A stretch of DNA of 64,000 nucleotides from Candidatus Hydrogenedens sp. (GCA_049968235.1 JBMFRC010000001.1:192001-256000); one strand, 5' to 3'. Positions 21,921 to 32,865 are shown, counted from the first letter of the stretch. Program-made: numbers and translations. Notes: generated by a model not told the origin, from the sequence alone.

Positions 21921-24475
21921 CACGCATCGGTGGGATAACAGTCGGTTTCCTATTCATTTTTATCCTCTTTCCTATTCTCTTATCCGCTCAAGTAGATGAA
22001 GCGGAAATGAAAGAGTGGATTGATGCTTCATCTTATAGAGACCTGGCTATTGTCATCCCCGAAAATGCTTCTCCCCTGCTTCTACACTCTGCAGAAATTT
22101 TCAAAAAATATTGGGAATCTTGCACACACCGTCCTATTGCAATCTCAACACTAAATCAAGGGGCTATTAATATCTGGTTAGGTGCGGAACTCTGCACTAA
22201 AGAATGGATTGACCCGGAAGAACTGGATAACCTCGGTGATGAAGGGTTTATTATACGGACCTATACACCCACACGGAAATATGCCCAAAAAGGTGTCGCA
22301 AAACAATTGCTCATTTGCGGGAAAACAGATATAGGAACTCTTCACGGAGTTTATACCTTTTTTGAACGTTATCTGAATGTTGCATGGTTATCCTCATCTT
22401 ACACGCATAAACCACCTTTAGGTTATCGGCTTAAAGAGATAGATTATAAATTTTCACCACATTTTGAATATCGCGTTTTTCTTTCTGACCTTCCGGAATT
22501 TAAGATGGAAGGCGATAGGAAAGAAGGACTCCATTTATCTCTTTTTACCCGAGAAGAAGATTTCATCCCTATACCTATTAACAAATATTTTAATACAGAA
22601 GAATACGCTCAAAATACAACAGAATTAAAAGCGAAGTCTCTTCTCCATAATCCGATATGTTTCTCTTCAGAAAAGATAAAACAGACCTTTATAAGTTTTA
22701 TAAAAAAACAAATGGAATTAAATCCCCAGCGGAAATTTTGGACGATTGAGGTTGGCGGCACAGAAATAAACTCCTGTCTATGCACAAACTGTCAGGAACA
22801 AATTAAATCTACAGAAACACCAGTAACTCCCTTATTAACAATGTTGAACGATGCAATTGAGATATTGGAAAAGATTTATCCGGAAAAAGAATTACAATTT
22901 TGCCTCTCCTTGAAAAATACTATGCGAAAAGCCCCACAGAATATACAGATCAATAAAAAACTGTTTATTGCCCTTTCGACAGATACCTGTGATATCGCCC
23001 GTACAATAGATGACCCTGTATCTCAACCCAATATATGCTTCCTTAATGATTTAAAAGGTTGGCGTAATCTTACACCTAATTTACTTATACGATATTATGT
23101 AGGAGCCAATTATTATTGTGGTTTATTTCATCAACCGGAGTTATTTAATTTCCAAAAAGACATTCAGACCTTTGACAGGTATCAGGTTCGTGGGATTATA
23201 ATTTGTACCCCTTCTCAGAAAATATTCCCATTTACTGAATTTGGTGAACTTAAATCATATATTTTAGCCCGCCTGATATGGGACCCCGACTTGATTATAG
23301 AAGAAGAGATAAATCGGTTTTTGAATTTATATTATGGTCCCGCAGGTGCTAAGTATGCAGAATTTTTCAATTATCAAAAAGACTTAATTAAGAAAAACAA
23401 TATCCGGTGTAATATTTACCAAAAAATCCCGTGGTGGAATGAAGAATATGCTTCCAATGCAGTAAAAATCATACAGCAAACGATAAACATGTCATATTTT
23501 GCTAAGGATATATACAATCATGTCTTACAAACTTCTATACCGCTCCATTATTCAGCCTTCATTTGTCCACCGAACATTGAGATTCAAAATGATAAATTTT
23601 TAGAAACACGTCCCGCTACAATTTCTGAAGAAGAGTTCTGGAAAAGTTTAGATAAAATAGAAACATTTTCAGCAAATGGTTCTTTCATACCGTATCGTGA
23701 AATTATCTCTAATATAAATTCTTTCAATCCGTTTCCTGAACGTTCCTCCTTATTCAAGAAATATGCCATGGAAAATAAACACTATACGTTATGGATTTTA
23801 CCGGAATATCAAGGAGCCATTATCCGCATGCAGGATAAAACATCAGGAATCGAATACCTACCGGCTTTTCAGAAAGGAATAAATCCTTATTTTGTCTGGA
23901 ATGAATATCAAGATATATCAGATACAGGTTATGGTCTTCCCTTTTCAGGGGATTACATTACAAAAGAGGTAGAGAGTAATAAAATTACTGTTGAAAGGGA
24001 AATTAGAAAAGGAGTCTTATTACAACGAAAAGTGACTATAGAAGATACCGGGGAAGTTATTTTGTACTATACTTGTGAAAATCGAAACTCTCAGGAAGAA
24101 AAAATTTCGTTTTATATTGTTCCACGATTTAGTTTAAGCAGTGATAATAAGGCGATAGAAATATGGACTAACCAAAATCCAAGATGGGGAAAAATACAAC
24201 AGATACTCATCTCATACCAGCCCTTTACCTATTCATTACAAGATATTCATCAAGAAAACGCATCAGGGGTAGGAATTCATTTTTGCGAGAAAGGAGTGTT
24301 CCTTCAACTAGAAGTGCAACAATTGTCCCCTGAAAACATTGACTTCTTGCTTGATTATTCTTACTACGATGGTTACATCGCTCCTATAATAAAGATTTAC
24401 CTACCCATAAAGTATCAACAAACCTATTCTTTTTCTCTTCATTGTAAAACTCAGAATACCAACACTTTTAAGTAA
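21917..24475 (+). CDS. large hypothetical secreted/anchored protein
   Basis: 852-aa ORF, N-terminal signal/anchor, Cys cluster CLCTNC; translationally coupled to upstream URO-D-like gene. Confidence 0.6.
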   Translation: MTRIGGITVGFLFIFILFPILLSAQVDEAEMKEWIDASSYRDLAIVIPENASPLLLHSAEIFKKYWESCTHRPIAISTLNQGAINIWLGAELCTKEWIDPEELDNLGDEGFIIRTYTPTRKYAQKGVAKQLLICGKTDIGTLHGVYTFFERYLNVAWLSSSYTHKPPLGYRLKEIDYKFSPHFEYRVFLSDLPEFKMEGDRKEGLHLSLFTREEDFIPIPINKYFNTEEYAQNTTELKAKSLLHNPICFSSEKIKQTFISFIKKQMELNPQRKFWTIEVGGTEINSCLCTNCQEQIKSTETPVTPLLTMLNDAIEILEKIYPEKELQFCLSLKNTMRKAPQNIQINKKLFIALSTDTCDIARTIDDPVSQPNICFLNDLKGWRNLTPNLLIRYYVGANYYCGLFHQPELFNFQKDIQTFDRYQVRGIIICTPSQKIFPFTEFGELKSYILARLIWDPDLIIEEEINRFLNLYYGPAGAKYAEFFNYQKDLIKKNNIRCNIYQKIPWWNEEYASNAVKIIQQTINMSYFAKDIYNHVLQTSIPLHYSAFICPPNIEIQNDKFLETRPATISEEEFWKSLDKIETFSANGSFIPYREIISNINSFNPFPERSSLFKKYAMENKHYTLWILPEYQGAIIRMQDKTSGIEYLPAFQKGINPYFVWNEYQDISDTGYGLPFSGDYITKEVESNKITVEREIRKGVLLQRKVTIEDTGEVILYYTCENRNSQEEKISFYIVPRFSLSSDNKAIEIWTNQNPRWGKIQQILISYQPFTYSLQDIHQENASGVGIHFCEKGVFLQLEVQQLSPENIDFLLDYSYYDGYIAPIIKIYLPIKYQQTYSFSLHCKTQNTNTFK

Positions 24476-24485
24476 AAAATAATTT

Positions 24486-25169
24486 TTACTTTTCTTTTCT
24501 GGTACCTCCGAATACAGCATATTTGTAGTATTTCCAAATAACATCTATATCTGTAAAACCTACTTCTTCGAGCCATTTAAGATGAGACATTAATTTTTCA
24601 GGATTGCCTCCTTTATGGTGTCTGCCCAACCATTTTTTATTTATTTCCTCATCAGAAATTGTTCGAGCCATAAAATCCTTCCAGTTTAACATATACAGTC
24701 CTTCAAGATATTCGTTAGACCCTATTACGACATCTGCATTGTAAAAAACACCTCCATCAGTCAAATTCTTAAATACTTTCTGATAAAATTGCTTTTTGTC
24801 TCTTCCTAAATGATGTAAAGATAAAGAGGAAAGGACAACATCGTATTTTTTGTCAAACTCAAATTGTGAAAAATCACATAGAATATATGAAATATCCCTA
24901 TAATCTGCCATCTTTGTCTTTGCCATGTTAATCATATTCTCTGCAAAATCGAGGCAAGTTATCTTTGCATTGGGAAATTTTTCTTTTACTTTTTTTGCTA
25001 TGGTCCCTGTTCCACAACCAACATCAATCACATGGACAGGCATATTCTTTTCATGCGGAATGGTTGACAGTAATGCTTCAATCATTTCCTCGTAATAGGG
25101 GATTAAATTTAAGACAATCTGGTCAAATTCTTTTGCTTCTTCTTCGAAATGTTCTTTCATTGTATCCAT
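24486..25169 (-). CDS. class I SAM-dependent methyltransferase
   Basis: 227 aa; VIDVGCGTG motif I, acidic motif II. Confidence 0.8.
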   Translation of the reverse strand: MDTMKEHFEEEAKEFDQIVLNLIPYYEEMIEALLSTIPHEKNMPVHVIDVGCGTGTIAKKVKEKFPNAKITCLDFAENMINMAKTKMADYRDISYILCDFSQFEFDKKYDVVLSSLSLHHLGRDKKQFYQKVFKNLTDGGVFYNADVVIGSNEYLEGLYMLNWKDFMARTISDEEINKKWLGRHHKGGNPEKLMSHLKWLEEVGFTDIDVIWKYYKYAVFGGTRKEK

Positions 25170-25407
25170 AAAGAATTTCCTTTACAGGTTTCTATTATTA
25201 AATGATTCTTACCCTATGGGAAACTTGTTTCCTCCTATTAGTTTTTATACGGGTCATGAATGATGGGTATTTTACCATTTGACCATATAAATTATAAACT
25301 TTTATTTGGTATTTGATTTGAAAGTAGTTATAATAGTATATGTTTTTGAAATGTAAATTTTATTGTATCTATCAATAACATTAACCACTAAATGAAGGGA
25401 GTGTTTT

Positions 25408-26577
25408 ATGGCTAAAAAGACTGTAAATGTAGCAATGGTCGGTGGTGCGTTCATGGGTAAAACACATAGCAACGCATGGCGTAAAGTAGCGATGTTTTTT
25501 GACCCACCTGTAAATCCTGTGATGAAAGTGATGTGCGACAAGGACCCCAATGCATTGAAGAATGCGGAACGGTATGGCTGGCAGGAGACCTCGGACAATT
25601 GGGAAGAGGTGGTGAATCGCCCGGATATTGATGTTATTGATATTTGTACACCGAATTTCCTCCATCCTCCGATTGCTATTGCAGCGGCTAAGGCAGGTAA
25701 AGCAATTGTTTGCGAAAAGCCATTAGCCAATACATTAGCAGAAGCAAAGCAAATGTGGGATGCAGTGAAAAAAGCCGGTGTTCGCAATATGTGTGGTTTT
25801 TCCTATCGTTTCGCTCCAGCAGTGCAAACAATTAAACAACTGGTCTCAAAAGGACAATTGGGTGATATTTTCCATTTTCGTGCTGCATATCAACAGGACT
25901 GGATTGTTGACCCTGATTTTCCAATGGTATGGCGTTTGAAGAAAAAACATACCGGTTCGGGTGCGTTAGGAGACATTGGTGCACACATTACTGATTTGTG
26001 TCATTTTCTTGTAGGACAGGTATGTGAAGTTGCAGGAACGATGGAAACCTTTATAAAGAAACGCGTTGTGCCAGAAAGTGATGTGGGAGCATGGGGAGCT
26101 AAAGGTGGTAAAGGGAAAAAGGTCTATGACACTGTTGATGTTGATGATGCAGCAGTATATGTAGCAAGAATCCAGGGGAAAAACACATTGGCAACTTTTG
26201 AAGCAACGCGTTTTGCTCCGGGCAGAAGAAATTACAATAGCATTGAAATTTATGGAAGTAAAGGTTCCGTATTATGGAATCAGGAAGAAATGAACGAATT
26301 TCATTATTTCAATCGTAGTGACCCACCCACCTTACAGGGCTTTCGTAAAGTTCAAGCCTGTGATATGGGTCATCCTTATGTGCATGCATGGTGGCCACCG
26401 GGTCATATTATTGGTTATGAACATCTTTTCGTTCATGAAATTTATGAATTTCTGTGTAGTTTAGCCAGTAAGAAGATAAATTATCCCACATTTGAAGATG
26501 CGGTAAAATGTCAGGCAGTGTTGGATGCCGTGGAACGTGCTTCTGCTTCGAAAAAATGGGAAAAGGTCATAATTTAA
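25408..26577 (+). CDS. Gfo/Idh/MocA-family NAD(P)-dependent oxidoreductase
   Basis: 389 aa; N-terminal Rossmann VAMVGGAFMGKTH, EKP motif, C-terminal alpha/beta domain. Confidence 0.85.
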   Translation: MAKKTVNVAMVGGAFMGKTHSNAWRKVAMFFDPPVNPVMKVMCDKDPNALKNAERYGWQETSDNWEEVVNRPDIDVIDICTPNFLHPPIAIAAAKAGKAIVCEKPLANTLAEAKQMWDAVKKAGVRNMCGFSYRFAPAVQTIKQLVSKGQLGDIFHFRAAYQQDWIVDPDFPMVWRLKKKHTGSGALGDIGAHITDLCHFLVGQVCEVAGTMETFIKKRVVPESDVGAWGAKGGKGKKVYDTVDVDDAAVYVARIQGKNTLATFEATRFAPGRRNYNSIEIYGSKGSVLWNQEEMNEFHYFNRSDPPTLQGFRKVQACDMGHPYVHAWWPPGHIIGYEHLFVHEIYEFLCSLASKKINYPTFEDAVKCQAVLDAVERASASKKWEKVII

Positions 26578-26616
26578 GGTTTGGAAATAAAAACTTTAAT
26601 AAAAGGAGAATGAAAT

Positions 26617-27579
26617 ATGAAATTAGGTCTATTGACAGTGATGTTTGGTGGAACACCTTTAAAAGATGTTCTTGAAATTATTCGTCCATTAAAACTTCAA
26701 TGTGTAGAATTAGGAACCGGGAATTACCCCGGTGGGGCTCATGCTCCTTTGAAAGAATTGTTATCTTCAAAACCCAGGCGAGATGAATTAAAAGCGATGT
26801 TAAAAGGAGAAGGTCTGGAAATTAGTGCTTTGAGTTGTCATGGGAATTGTTTACACCCTGACGCGGATTTTGCAAAGAAAAATCGCGAAGTCCAAACAGA
26901 TACCATTCGTCTGGCTCACGAATTAGGTGTTAAGGTCGTTATCGATTTTTCAGGCTGTCCCGGTTCTGACCCTTCTGCAAAGAAACCTAACTGGGTTACC
27001 TGTGCCTGGCCTCCCGATTATCTGGATATATTGAAATGGCAATGGGAAGAAGTGGCTATCCCATATTGGTCAAAACAGGCGAAATTTGCCCGTGACCACG
27101 GAGTAAATCTTGCTTTTGAAATGCACCCCGGCTTTCTTGTGTACAACACAGAAACATTGTTAAAACTTCGCAAAACCTGTGGGAATAACATCGGCGCTAA
27201 TTTAGACCCCAGCCATTTATTCTGGCAGGGTATGGACCCCTGTGCCGTTGTCCGTGTATTAGGTAAAGCCATATTCCATGTGCATGCCAAAGATTCCAAA
27301 GTTGATGCAACGAACACAATGGTAAATGGTGTGCTGGATACGAAACATTATGGAGATGAGATTCATCGTTCATGGATATTCCGCACTTGCGGTTATGGGC
27401 ATAGTTTAGAATGGTGGAAGGATTTCTTCTCCAATCTACGCATGGTGGGTTATGATGGTGCTATTAGTATTGAACATGAAGATAGTTTAATGTCCAATCG
27501 TGAAGGTTTGACCAAAGCAGTTGAATTTTTGAAACAAGCCATTATTGCGGAAAAACCAACCGCAATGACCTGGGCATAA
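26617..27579 (+). CDS. sugar phosphate isomerase/epimerase (xylose-isomerase-like TIM barrel)
   Basis: 320 aa; AP-endonuclease-2/xylose isomerase-like TIM signature, metal ligands (E..D..H..E). Confidence 0.8.
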   Translation: MKLGLLTVMFGGTPLKDVLEIIRPLKLQCVELGTGNYPGGAHAPLKELLSSKPRRDELKAMLKGEGLEISALSCHGNCLHPDADFAKKNREVQTDTIRLAHELGVKVVIDFSGCPGSDPSAKKPNWVTCAWPPDYLDILKWQWEEVAIPYWSKQAKFARDHGVNLAFEMHPGFLVYNTETLLKLRKTCGNNIGANLDPSHLFWQGMDPCAVVRVLGKAIFHVHAKDSKVDATNTMVNGVLDTKHYGDEIHRSWIFRTCGYGHSLEWWKDFFSNLRMVGYDGAISIEHEDSLMSNREGLTKAVEFLKQAIIAEKPTAMTWA

Positions 27580-27583
27580 AACT

Positions 27584-27620
27584 TTTTTGGAATAGGGAGA
27601 GTCTAATGTAGGCTCTCCCT
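27584..27620 (+). terminator. candidate intrinsic terminator hairpin (GGGAGAG / CTCTCCC) followed by T-rich tract
   Basis: 7-bp perfect inverted repeat with 10-nt loop directly after the 26617..27579 stop. Confidence 0.35.
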
Positions 27621-27656
27621 TAACACTTTTTAAACTCTTTTTAAGGAGGATTCTCC

Positions 27657-28655
27657 ATGGCTATCCAGGTAGGTATTGTAGGACTGGGAATGATGGGTAA
27701 AGTGCATTTTGATACCTATAACAAATTAAAGGGTGTCAAAGTGGTGGCAGTGTGTGATGCCGATGAAAAGAAACGAAAAGGGAATATAGGTCCGTTTGGT
27801 ACTCTTGACCTGAGTAAGGTAAAAGTCTATTCCCGAGTAGAAGAAATTCTCAATGACCCTCAGGTGGATGTATTAGATATTACATTACCCACACCTGCTC
27901 ATGCTCCGATTACAATACAGGCATTTCAAGCAGGGAAACATGTCATATGTGAGAAGCCCATGGCTCGAACCTCCGCCGAAGCACTGGAGATGATAAAATC
28001 GGCAAAGAAATACAAAAAACATTTATATATCGCACATTGCATTCGATTCTGGCCCTCTTATATCATTGCAAAAGAAATGGTTGAAAGCGGGAAATATGGC
28101 AAAGTACGTACCGCAAAGTTCAGTCGCATTAGTCCACTTCCCGGTTGGAGTTGGCAAAATTGGCTTCAATCCGCACAACATTCCGGCAGATGTGCTCTTG
28201 ACCTTCATATTCACGATGCGGACTTTGTCCGCTATTTATTTGGGAAACCCCGGACCGTTCAAAGTTTAGGAGTAAGTCTCGCACTAGGAGGTATTGACCA
28301 TATTATTACCAGTTATAATTATCCAGACCGCCATTGGGTCGTTGCAGAAGGAGCATGGGAATATAGCACTACCTATCCTTTCTCAATGACTTTTACTATT
28401 GCGATGGAACAGGGAACTTTAGAGATGTCTCGCGATTTATCGCTGACTTATTACCCCAATCGAGGCAAACCCAAGCAGATTAAAGTTCTCAAAGGAGATG
28501 GCTACGAAGGGGAATTAAGACATTTTCTTGAATGTTTACAAAAAGACCGTGATTCGGATATTATTCCCTCAGAAGAAGCGTATAAAACACTACTTCTAAT
28601 TGAAGCAGAGATTGAATCGGTTAAAACACAAAAACCCGTGTCCGTTCGTGGATAA
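27657..28655 (+). CDS. Gfo/Idh/MocA-family oxidoreductase (second copy)
   Basis: 332 aa; VGIVGLGMMGKVH Rossmann motif, EKP. Confidence 0.85.
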   Translation: MAIQVGIVGLGMMGKVHFDTYNKLKGVKVVAVCDADEKKRKGNIGPFGTLDLSKVKVYSRVEEILNDPQVDVLDITLPTPAHAPITIQAFQAGKHVICEKPMARTSAEALEMIKSAKKYKKHLYIAHCIRFWPSYIIAKEMVESGKYGKVRTAKFSRISPLPGWSWQNWLQSAQHSGRCALDLHIHDADFVRYLFGKPRTVQSLGVSLALGGIDHIITSYNYPDRHWVVAEGAWEYSTTYPFSMTFTIAMEQGTLEMSRDLSLTYYPNRGKPKQIKVLKGDGYEGELRHFLECLQKDRDSDIIPSEEAYKTLLLIEAEIESVKTQKPVSVRG

Positions 28656-28663
28656 AATTTAAG

Positions 28664-28699
28664 GGCTGGACTCGTCAGTCTTATCGAACCTGTCCAGCC
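28664..28699. repeat. intergenic stem-loop, copy C (GGCTGGAC / GTCCAGCC, 20-nt loop tcgtcagtcttatcgaacct)
   Basis: perfect 8-bp inverted repeat 22 nt upstream of recD2 start; loop shares CGTCAG and CGAAC words with copy A. Confidence 0.4.
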
Positions 28700-28721
28700 T
28701 AAAAGTTTAACAAAGTTTACC

Positions 28722-30932
28722 TTGATGGACCCTTATTCACTGGAAATTCCATTTACACCAAAAGAGTTCGGACCCGAAGAAATAGAGGGACTTATTGAAC
28801 AAATCGTTTATGAACATGCATCCAGTGGTTTTTTTGTTGCCCGTTTACGACGCAAGGACACAAATCATTTAATCACTATCGTCGGTAAATCTCTTCCTAT
28901 ATCTCAGGGAACAACAGTTCGCATTTCAGGGCATTGGATTAACCACCCTCGTTTTGGTCCACAATTTCAAACCCAAAACATGGAATTAATACAACCTTCA
29001 TCTGTGGAAACCATTACCCAATTTCTTGCTTCCGGTGCTATACCCGGTGTGGGATGTGGATATGCTGAACGGATAATAAAAACATTCGGAGCGGATACCC
29101 TCCATGTGTTAAATCATGAGCCGGAACGACTTGCCCTTGTTCGAGGCTTAGGGAAAAAGAGGGCACAAAAAATTCACGAAGTATGGAAAGAAAAGCAAGA
29201 ATTCATGGAAATGCTGATTACTTTACAGCAATATAATATCCCTATAGGGCTGGCAACAAAACTATATAAGCATTATGGAAATCAAACTTTAACTTATCTA
29301 AGAGAAGACCCTTATCAGATAGCATCAGAAATTCAGGGTATCGGATTTAAAACAGCAGACCGTATCGCAAAAGAATTAGGAATTAATCCAGAACATCCCA
29401 GCCGTATAGAAGCAGGGATTCGCTACACTCTTCATGATGCGGAAAATGATGGACACATTTTCTTACCCTATGATGAACTCATTCAATTAACTGCAGAACT
29501 ATTATCTCTGGACGAATCTCAGATTACCCCCATATTAAAGGAAATGATCGATGCTAATAAATTATGCATGGAAAATAACAACGTTTATCTCCCTTTCCCA
29601 TATTTCATCGAAAATGAGTGTGCCAAACATTTGAAGCGGTTATATTACTCACCTGGTAGTTTGCCCCCTAACTTGCCAGTAAAACAGTTCTTTTCTACTC
29701 CGCATAAAGAACTACCCGAACTAAGTATGGAGCAAAAGGAAGCCATACAAAAAATTTTTTCCTCTAAAATCACAATCATCACAGGCGGTCCGGGTACCGG
29801 AAAAACAACCTTAATAAAAACGCTTGTATATTTTCTGAGAGATTATCCTGTGCGTGTCGTTTTATCCGCACCAACAGGGCGTGCCGGTAGACAAATGGAA
29901 GCAGTTACAGGACATCCTGCGAGTACTATACACCGATTACTCGAATTTAATCCTCAAACGGCAAAACCCGGTCGGGACGAAATGAATCCAATTCCATGCG
30001 ATTTGTTGATTTTAGATGAATGTTCTATGATTGACCAGACCTTACTTTGGTATCTTCTTTGTGCGGTCCCATCTACTTCACATATCGTTTTCATTGGTGA
30101 TGTGGACCAACTTCCTTCCGTAGGACCGGGCAATGTCCTATTCGACCTGATAGCCAGTCAGGTATTTCCTGTTATCCGACTAAAAACCATATACCGTCAA
30201 TCCGCTCAAAGCGGTATTATTGTCAATGCACACCGAATTAATCAGGGTTTCTTTCCTGAATTCAATCAGAAAGATTTCTTCTTTATCCGTCGTGGAGATA
30301 GTCAATCCGCATTACAAACTCTTTTACACATTGTTCAGGAACGCATCCCACAACGATTCGGATATAATCCGGTGAAAGATATCCAAGTCCTTGCTCCTCT
30401 GCGTCGTGGAGATGGAGGTGTTCACCATTTAAACTATCGTTTACAGGAAGCACTTAATCCCAAAGGAAAACCGATACCGAATACCTCATTCCGTATTGGG
30501 GATAAAGTTATGCAGATAAAAAATAACTATGAGAAAGATGTTTTTAATGGAGATGTAGGTATTATCACAGCGGTAGATAATGAACAGGGCTATATTACCA
30601 TTACTTTTGAACCTGACCGTCCTGTTCTATATACCTACGAACAATTAGACCAGATTAGCCTTGCTTACTCGGCTACGGTGCACAAATCTCAAGGGAGCGA
30701 ATATCCCGTGGTTGTTCTCCTTTTACTACCCCAACATTATTTACTCCTACAACGTAATGTCCTTTATACTGCGGTCACACGGGCAAAAAAAATAGTAACG
30801 ATTATTGGTTCTCCTAATGCTATTCAAAAAGCAATAAAATCGACACAATCCATCCGTAGAAACACCATGCTTGCAGAACGAATTCGTAACATTTTTCATT
30901 TTAACATAAAAATACAAAATAGTATAGAATAA
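28722..30932 (+). CDS. recD2: RecD2-type SF1 DNA helicase (RecD-like)
   Basis: 736 aa; HhH region, GGPGTGKTT Walker A, LILDECSM Walker B, C-terminal SH3-like domain. Confidence 0.85.
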   Translation: MMDPYSLEIPFTPKEFGPEEIEGLIEQIVYEHASSGFFVARLRRKDTNHLITIVGKSLPISQGTTVRISGHWINHPRFGPQFQTQNMELIQPSSVETITQFLASGAIPGVGCGYAERIIKTFGADTLHVLNHEPERLALVRGLGKKRAQKIHEVWKEKQEFMEMLITLQQYNIPIGLATKLYKHYGNQTLTYLREDPYQIASEIQGIGFKTADRIAKELGINPEHPSRIEAGIRYTLHDAENDGHIFLPYDELIQLTAELLSLDESQITPILKEMIDANKLCMENNNVYLPFPYFIENECAKHLKRLYYSPGSLPPNLPVKQFFSTPHKELPELSMEQKEAIQKIFSSKITIITGGPGTGKTTLIKTLVYFLRDYPVRVVLSAPTGRAGRQMEAVTGHPASTIHRLLEFNPQTAKPGRDEMNPIPCDLLILDECSMIDQTLLWYLLCAVPSTSHIVFIGDVDQLPSVGPGNVLFDLIASQVFPVIRLKTIYRQSAQSGIIVNAHRINQGFFPEFNQKDFFFIRRGDSQSALQTLLHIVQERIPQRFGYNPVKDIQVLAPLRRGDGGVHHLNYRLQEALNPKGKPIPNTSFRIGDKVMQIKNNYEKDVFNGDVGIITAVDNEQGYITITFEPDRPVLYTYEQLDQISLAYSATVHKSQGSEYPVVVLLLLPQHYLLLQRNVLYTAVTRAKKIVTIIGSPNAIQKAIKSTQSIRRNTMLAERIRNIFHFNIKIQNSIE

Positions 30933-30982
30933 TGATACGGTAATAAGAATTTTTAGAATAGAAAACAAATAGGTTTATTGAT

Positions 30983-31519
30983 ATGAGTTTATTTACTGAA
31001 AATGGTTCCGAGTCGCAAATCAAAAGAGGTCCGGAACCTGGTGTTCGTGGTCTTCTACTACTTTTCTGTATTGTATTCATTTTCCTGACACCTTTCTTTG
31101 GAATTTATAACCTCATAAATGATTATCAGAATGCATCCGGTGATTTCGACTATATCCCCGGACTTCGGCTATTTTTAATTGTTGAGTCCGGGTTACGGGC
31201 TTTTGTAATATTATTCAGCATTCTTGCAGGAGCAAGTATTTTATCTCTATGGAATGGGGCTGTTCGGATAACAAAAGCCTATTTAATTTCCTTTCTGTGT
31301 TCCTTAGTTCTTGGAATGGCACTTCTATTCTCTCTGGTTGAATTTCCCCCCGACTACTATGAACTTGTATTAAGCAAGATAGCATACGAAACAATTGCTT
31401 CTTTAATCTACTTTATCGTCTGTTATCTATATATCAATTTCTCCAGACGGGTTCGAGTTACCTTTCCCGATTCTTTTCCTCAAACACACAAAAAGAAAAA
31501 AGAGGAGTCACAAAAATGA
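30983..31519 (+). CDS. hypothetical membrane protein (4 TM)
   Basis: 178-aa hydrophobic ORF; stop overlaps start of HD-GYP gene (ATGA). Confidence 0.45.
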   Translation: MSLFTENGSESQIKRGPEPGVRGLLLLFCIVFIFLTPFFGIYNLINDYQNASGDFDYIPGLRLFLIVESGLRAFVILFSILAGASILSLWNGAVRITKAYLISFLCSLVLGMALLFSLVEFPPDYYELVLSKIAYETIASLIYFIVCYLYINFSRRVRVTFPDSFPQTHKKKKEESQK

Positions 31520-32283
31520 ATTTTCGGATTGTTTCTTCAACCTTATCTCCGCAATTGTTAAAAAAGATAAAGAATGCCTTTAAAAATGACGATACCCCAA
31601 TAATTATAGATTCTCAAAACGAATCCGCCCTTCCTTCCGGAGTAATGATGACAATTGCACAAAGTTCCAGGATAGACACTGTAATTGATATTATGAACAT
31701 TGCTAAAAATGAATATGATTCTTTGTTCTATTTAATTTCAGATGCTATCGATGCTCGTGAAGGTATTCCTTTGGGGGGAGCAAAACGAATGGTAAAGATA
31801 GCAAAAGAAATAGGGAAGGTATTAGACCTTACAGAAAATCAATTGTGGATTTTAGAACACGGTTGTGTATTAAGAGATATTGGAAAACTCCGTATATCTA
31901 ACGAAATTTTACTAAAAAAAACTGTGCTTACCTATGATGAATGGGTCCTCTTAAAATCACATGTTCATATTGGAGCCCATATATTAAAAGAATATAATAT
32001 CTTTCCGGAACTGGCAGAACTAATCGCTTCGCACCACGAATGTTACGATGGAGATGGATACCCTGAAGGACTTGAAGGCGAACAAATACCTTTTTTGTCC
32101 CGTATATTAAAAGTGTTAGATGTTTATTGTGCTATGACCTCCCGACGCAATTATCGCACAGGTGTTGCTTCACGTGAAGAAGCCTTAGAATATCTTCTGG
32201 AAGAACGAGGGAAACATTTCGACCCACAAATCATTGACGCATTCATGAAAATAAATCTTAGAGAAATCGACGATGACCTATAA
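31516..32283 (+). CDS. HD-GYP domain phosphodiesterase (c-di-GMP/cyclic dinucleotide hydrolase family)
   Basis: 255 aa; HD motif (HVHIGAHIL), HHECYDGDGYP HD-GYP signature. Confidence 0.8.
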   Translation: MNFRIVSSTLSPQLLKKIKNAFKNDDTPIIIDSQNESALPSGVMMTIAQSSRIDTVIDIMNIAKNEYDSLFYLISDAIDAREGIPLGGAKRMVKIAKEIGKVLDLTENQLWILEHGCVLRDIGKLRISNEILLKKTVLTYDEWVLLKSHVHIGAHILKEYNIFPELAELIASHHECYDGDGYPEGLEGEQIPFLSRILKVLDVYCAMTSRRNYRTGVASREEALEYLLEERGKHFDPQIIDAFMKINLREIDDDL

Positions 32284-32814
32284 TATTTCCCCTATGTGAA
32301 GAATGAGACAGACGAGACCAATGGCAAAGAAGACAAAAATATATATCCATTGACATAAATACAGATATTCCTTTAAAGACAGTAATAGAACTATGCCATT
32401 GCTGTTAACTATGCACCAGAATCTGTATATTTGATACGAAAGTTATCGTGGCAAATAATTACTCACCCTACATAAACACAAAAATAATTTTTTCATGTAA
32501 TACATTGGTTTCCAGCCAAACCCTTCCTCTGTTCCAGAAATTCCTTTTCCAAAAATATCACAGATTGTAGGGACGAAATATTTTCCGCTCTAACACAATG
32601 GGTAAAATATCTACGACAGTATTACAAATACAAACATAATTTGATATTAAAAATATTCATGATATTTAAACTGATTGTTAATAAACTATTGAACATAAAT
32701 TTCTATTATTTGTTCGGATGAAATTATATTTTACACATAGATTTTCAACAGTTGTATTTAGGTATAAAAAAGAAATCGAGTAAATTATTTATATATAATA
32801 GGAAGAGAAAAATC

Positions 32815-32865
32815 TTGACGAGTTAGATAAAATTGTGTTAATTTTGTTAAAAAAATTGTATAATG
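32815..32865 (+). promoter_or_regulatory. putative sigma70-type promoter for 32939 gene (TTGACG ... extended -10 TGTATAAT)
   Basis: hexamers read directly in 650-bp AT-rich spacer; spacing imperfect. Confidence 0.25.

Noticed and set aside
28664-28699. CUGACGAG on the reverse complement of stem-loop C resembles the hammerhead ribozyme CUGANGA core
   Set aside because: Stem topology does not fit any hammerhead permutation. The helix flanking CUGACGA pairs with sequence upstream, not downstream; there is only 13 nt for stems I and III and no GAAA/UH in place.
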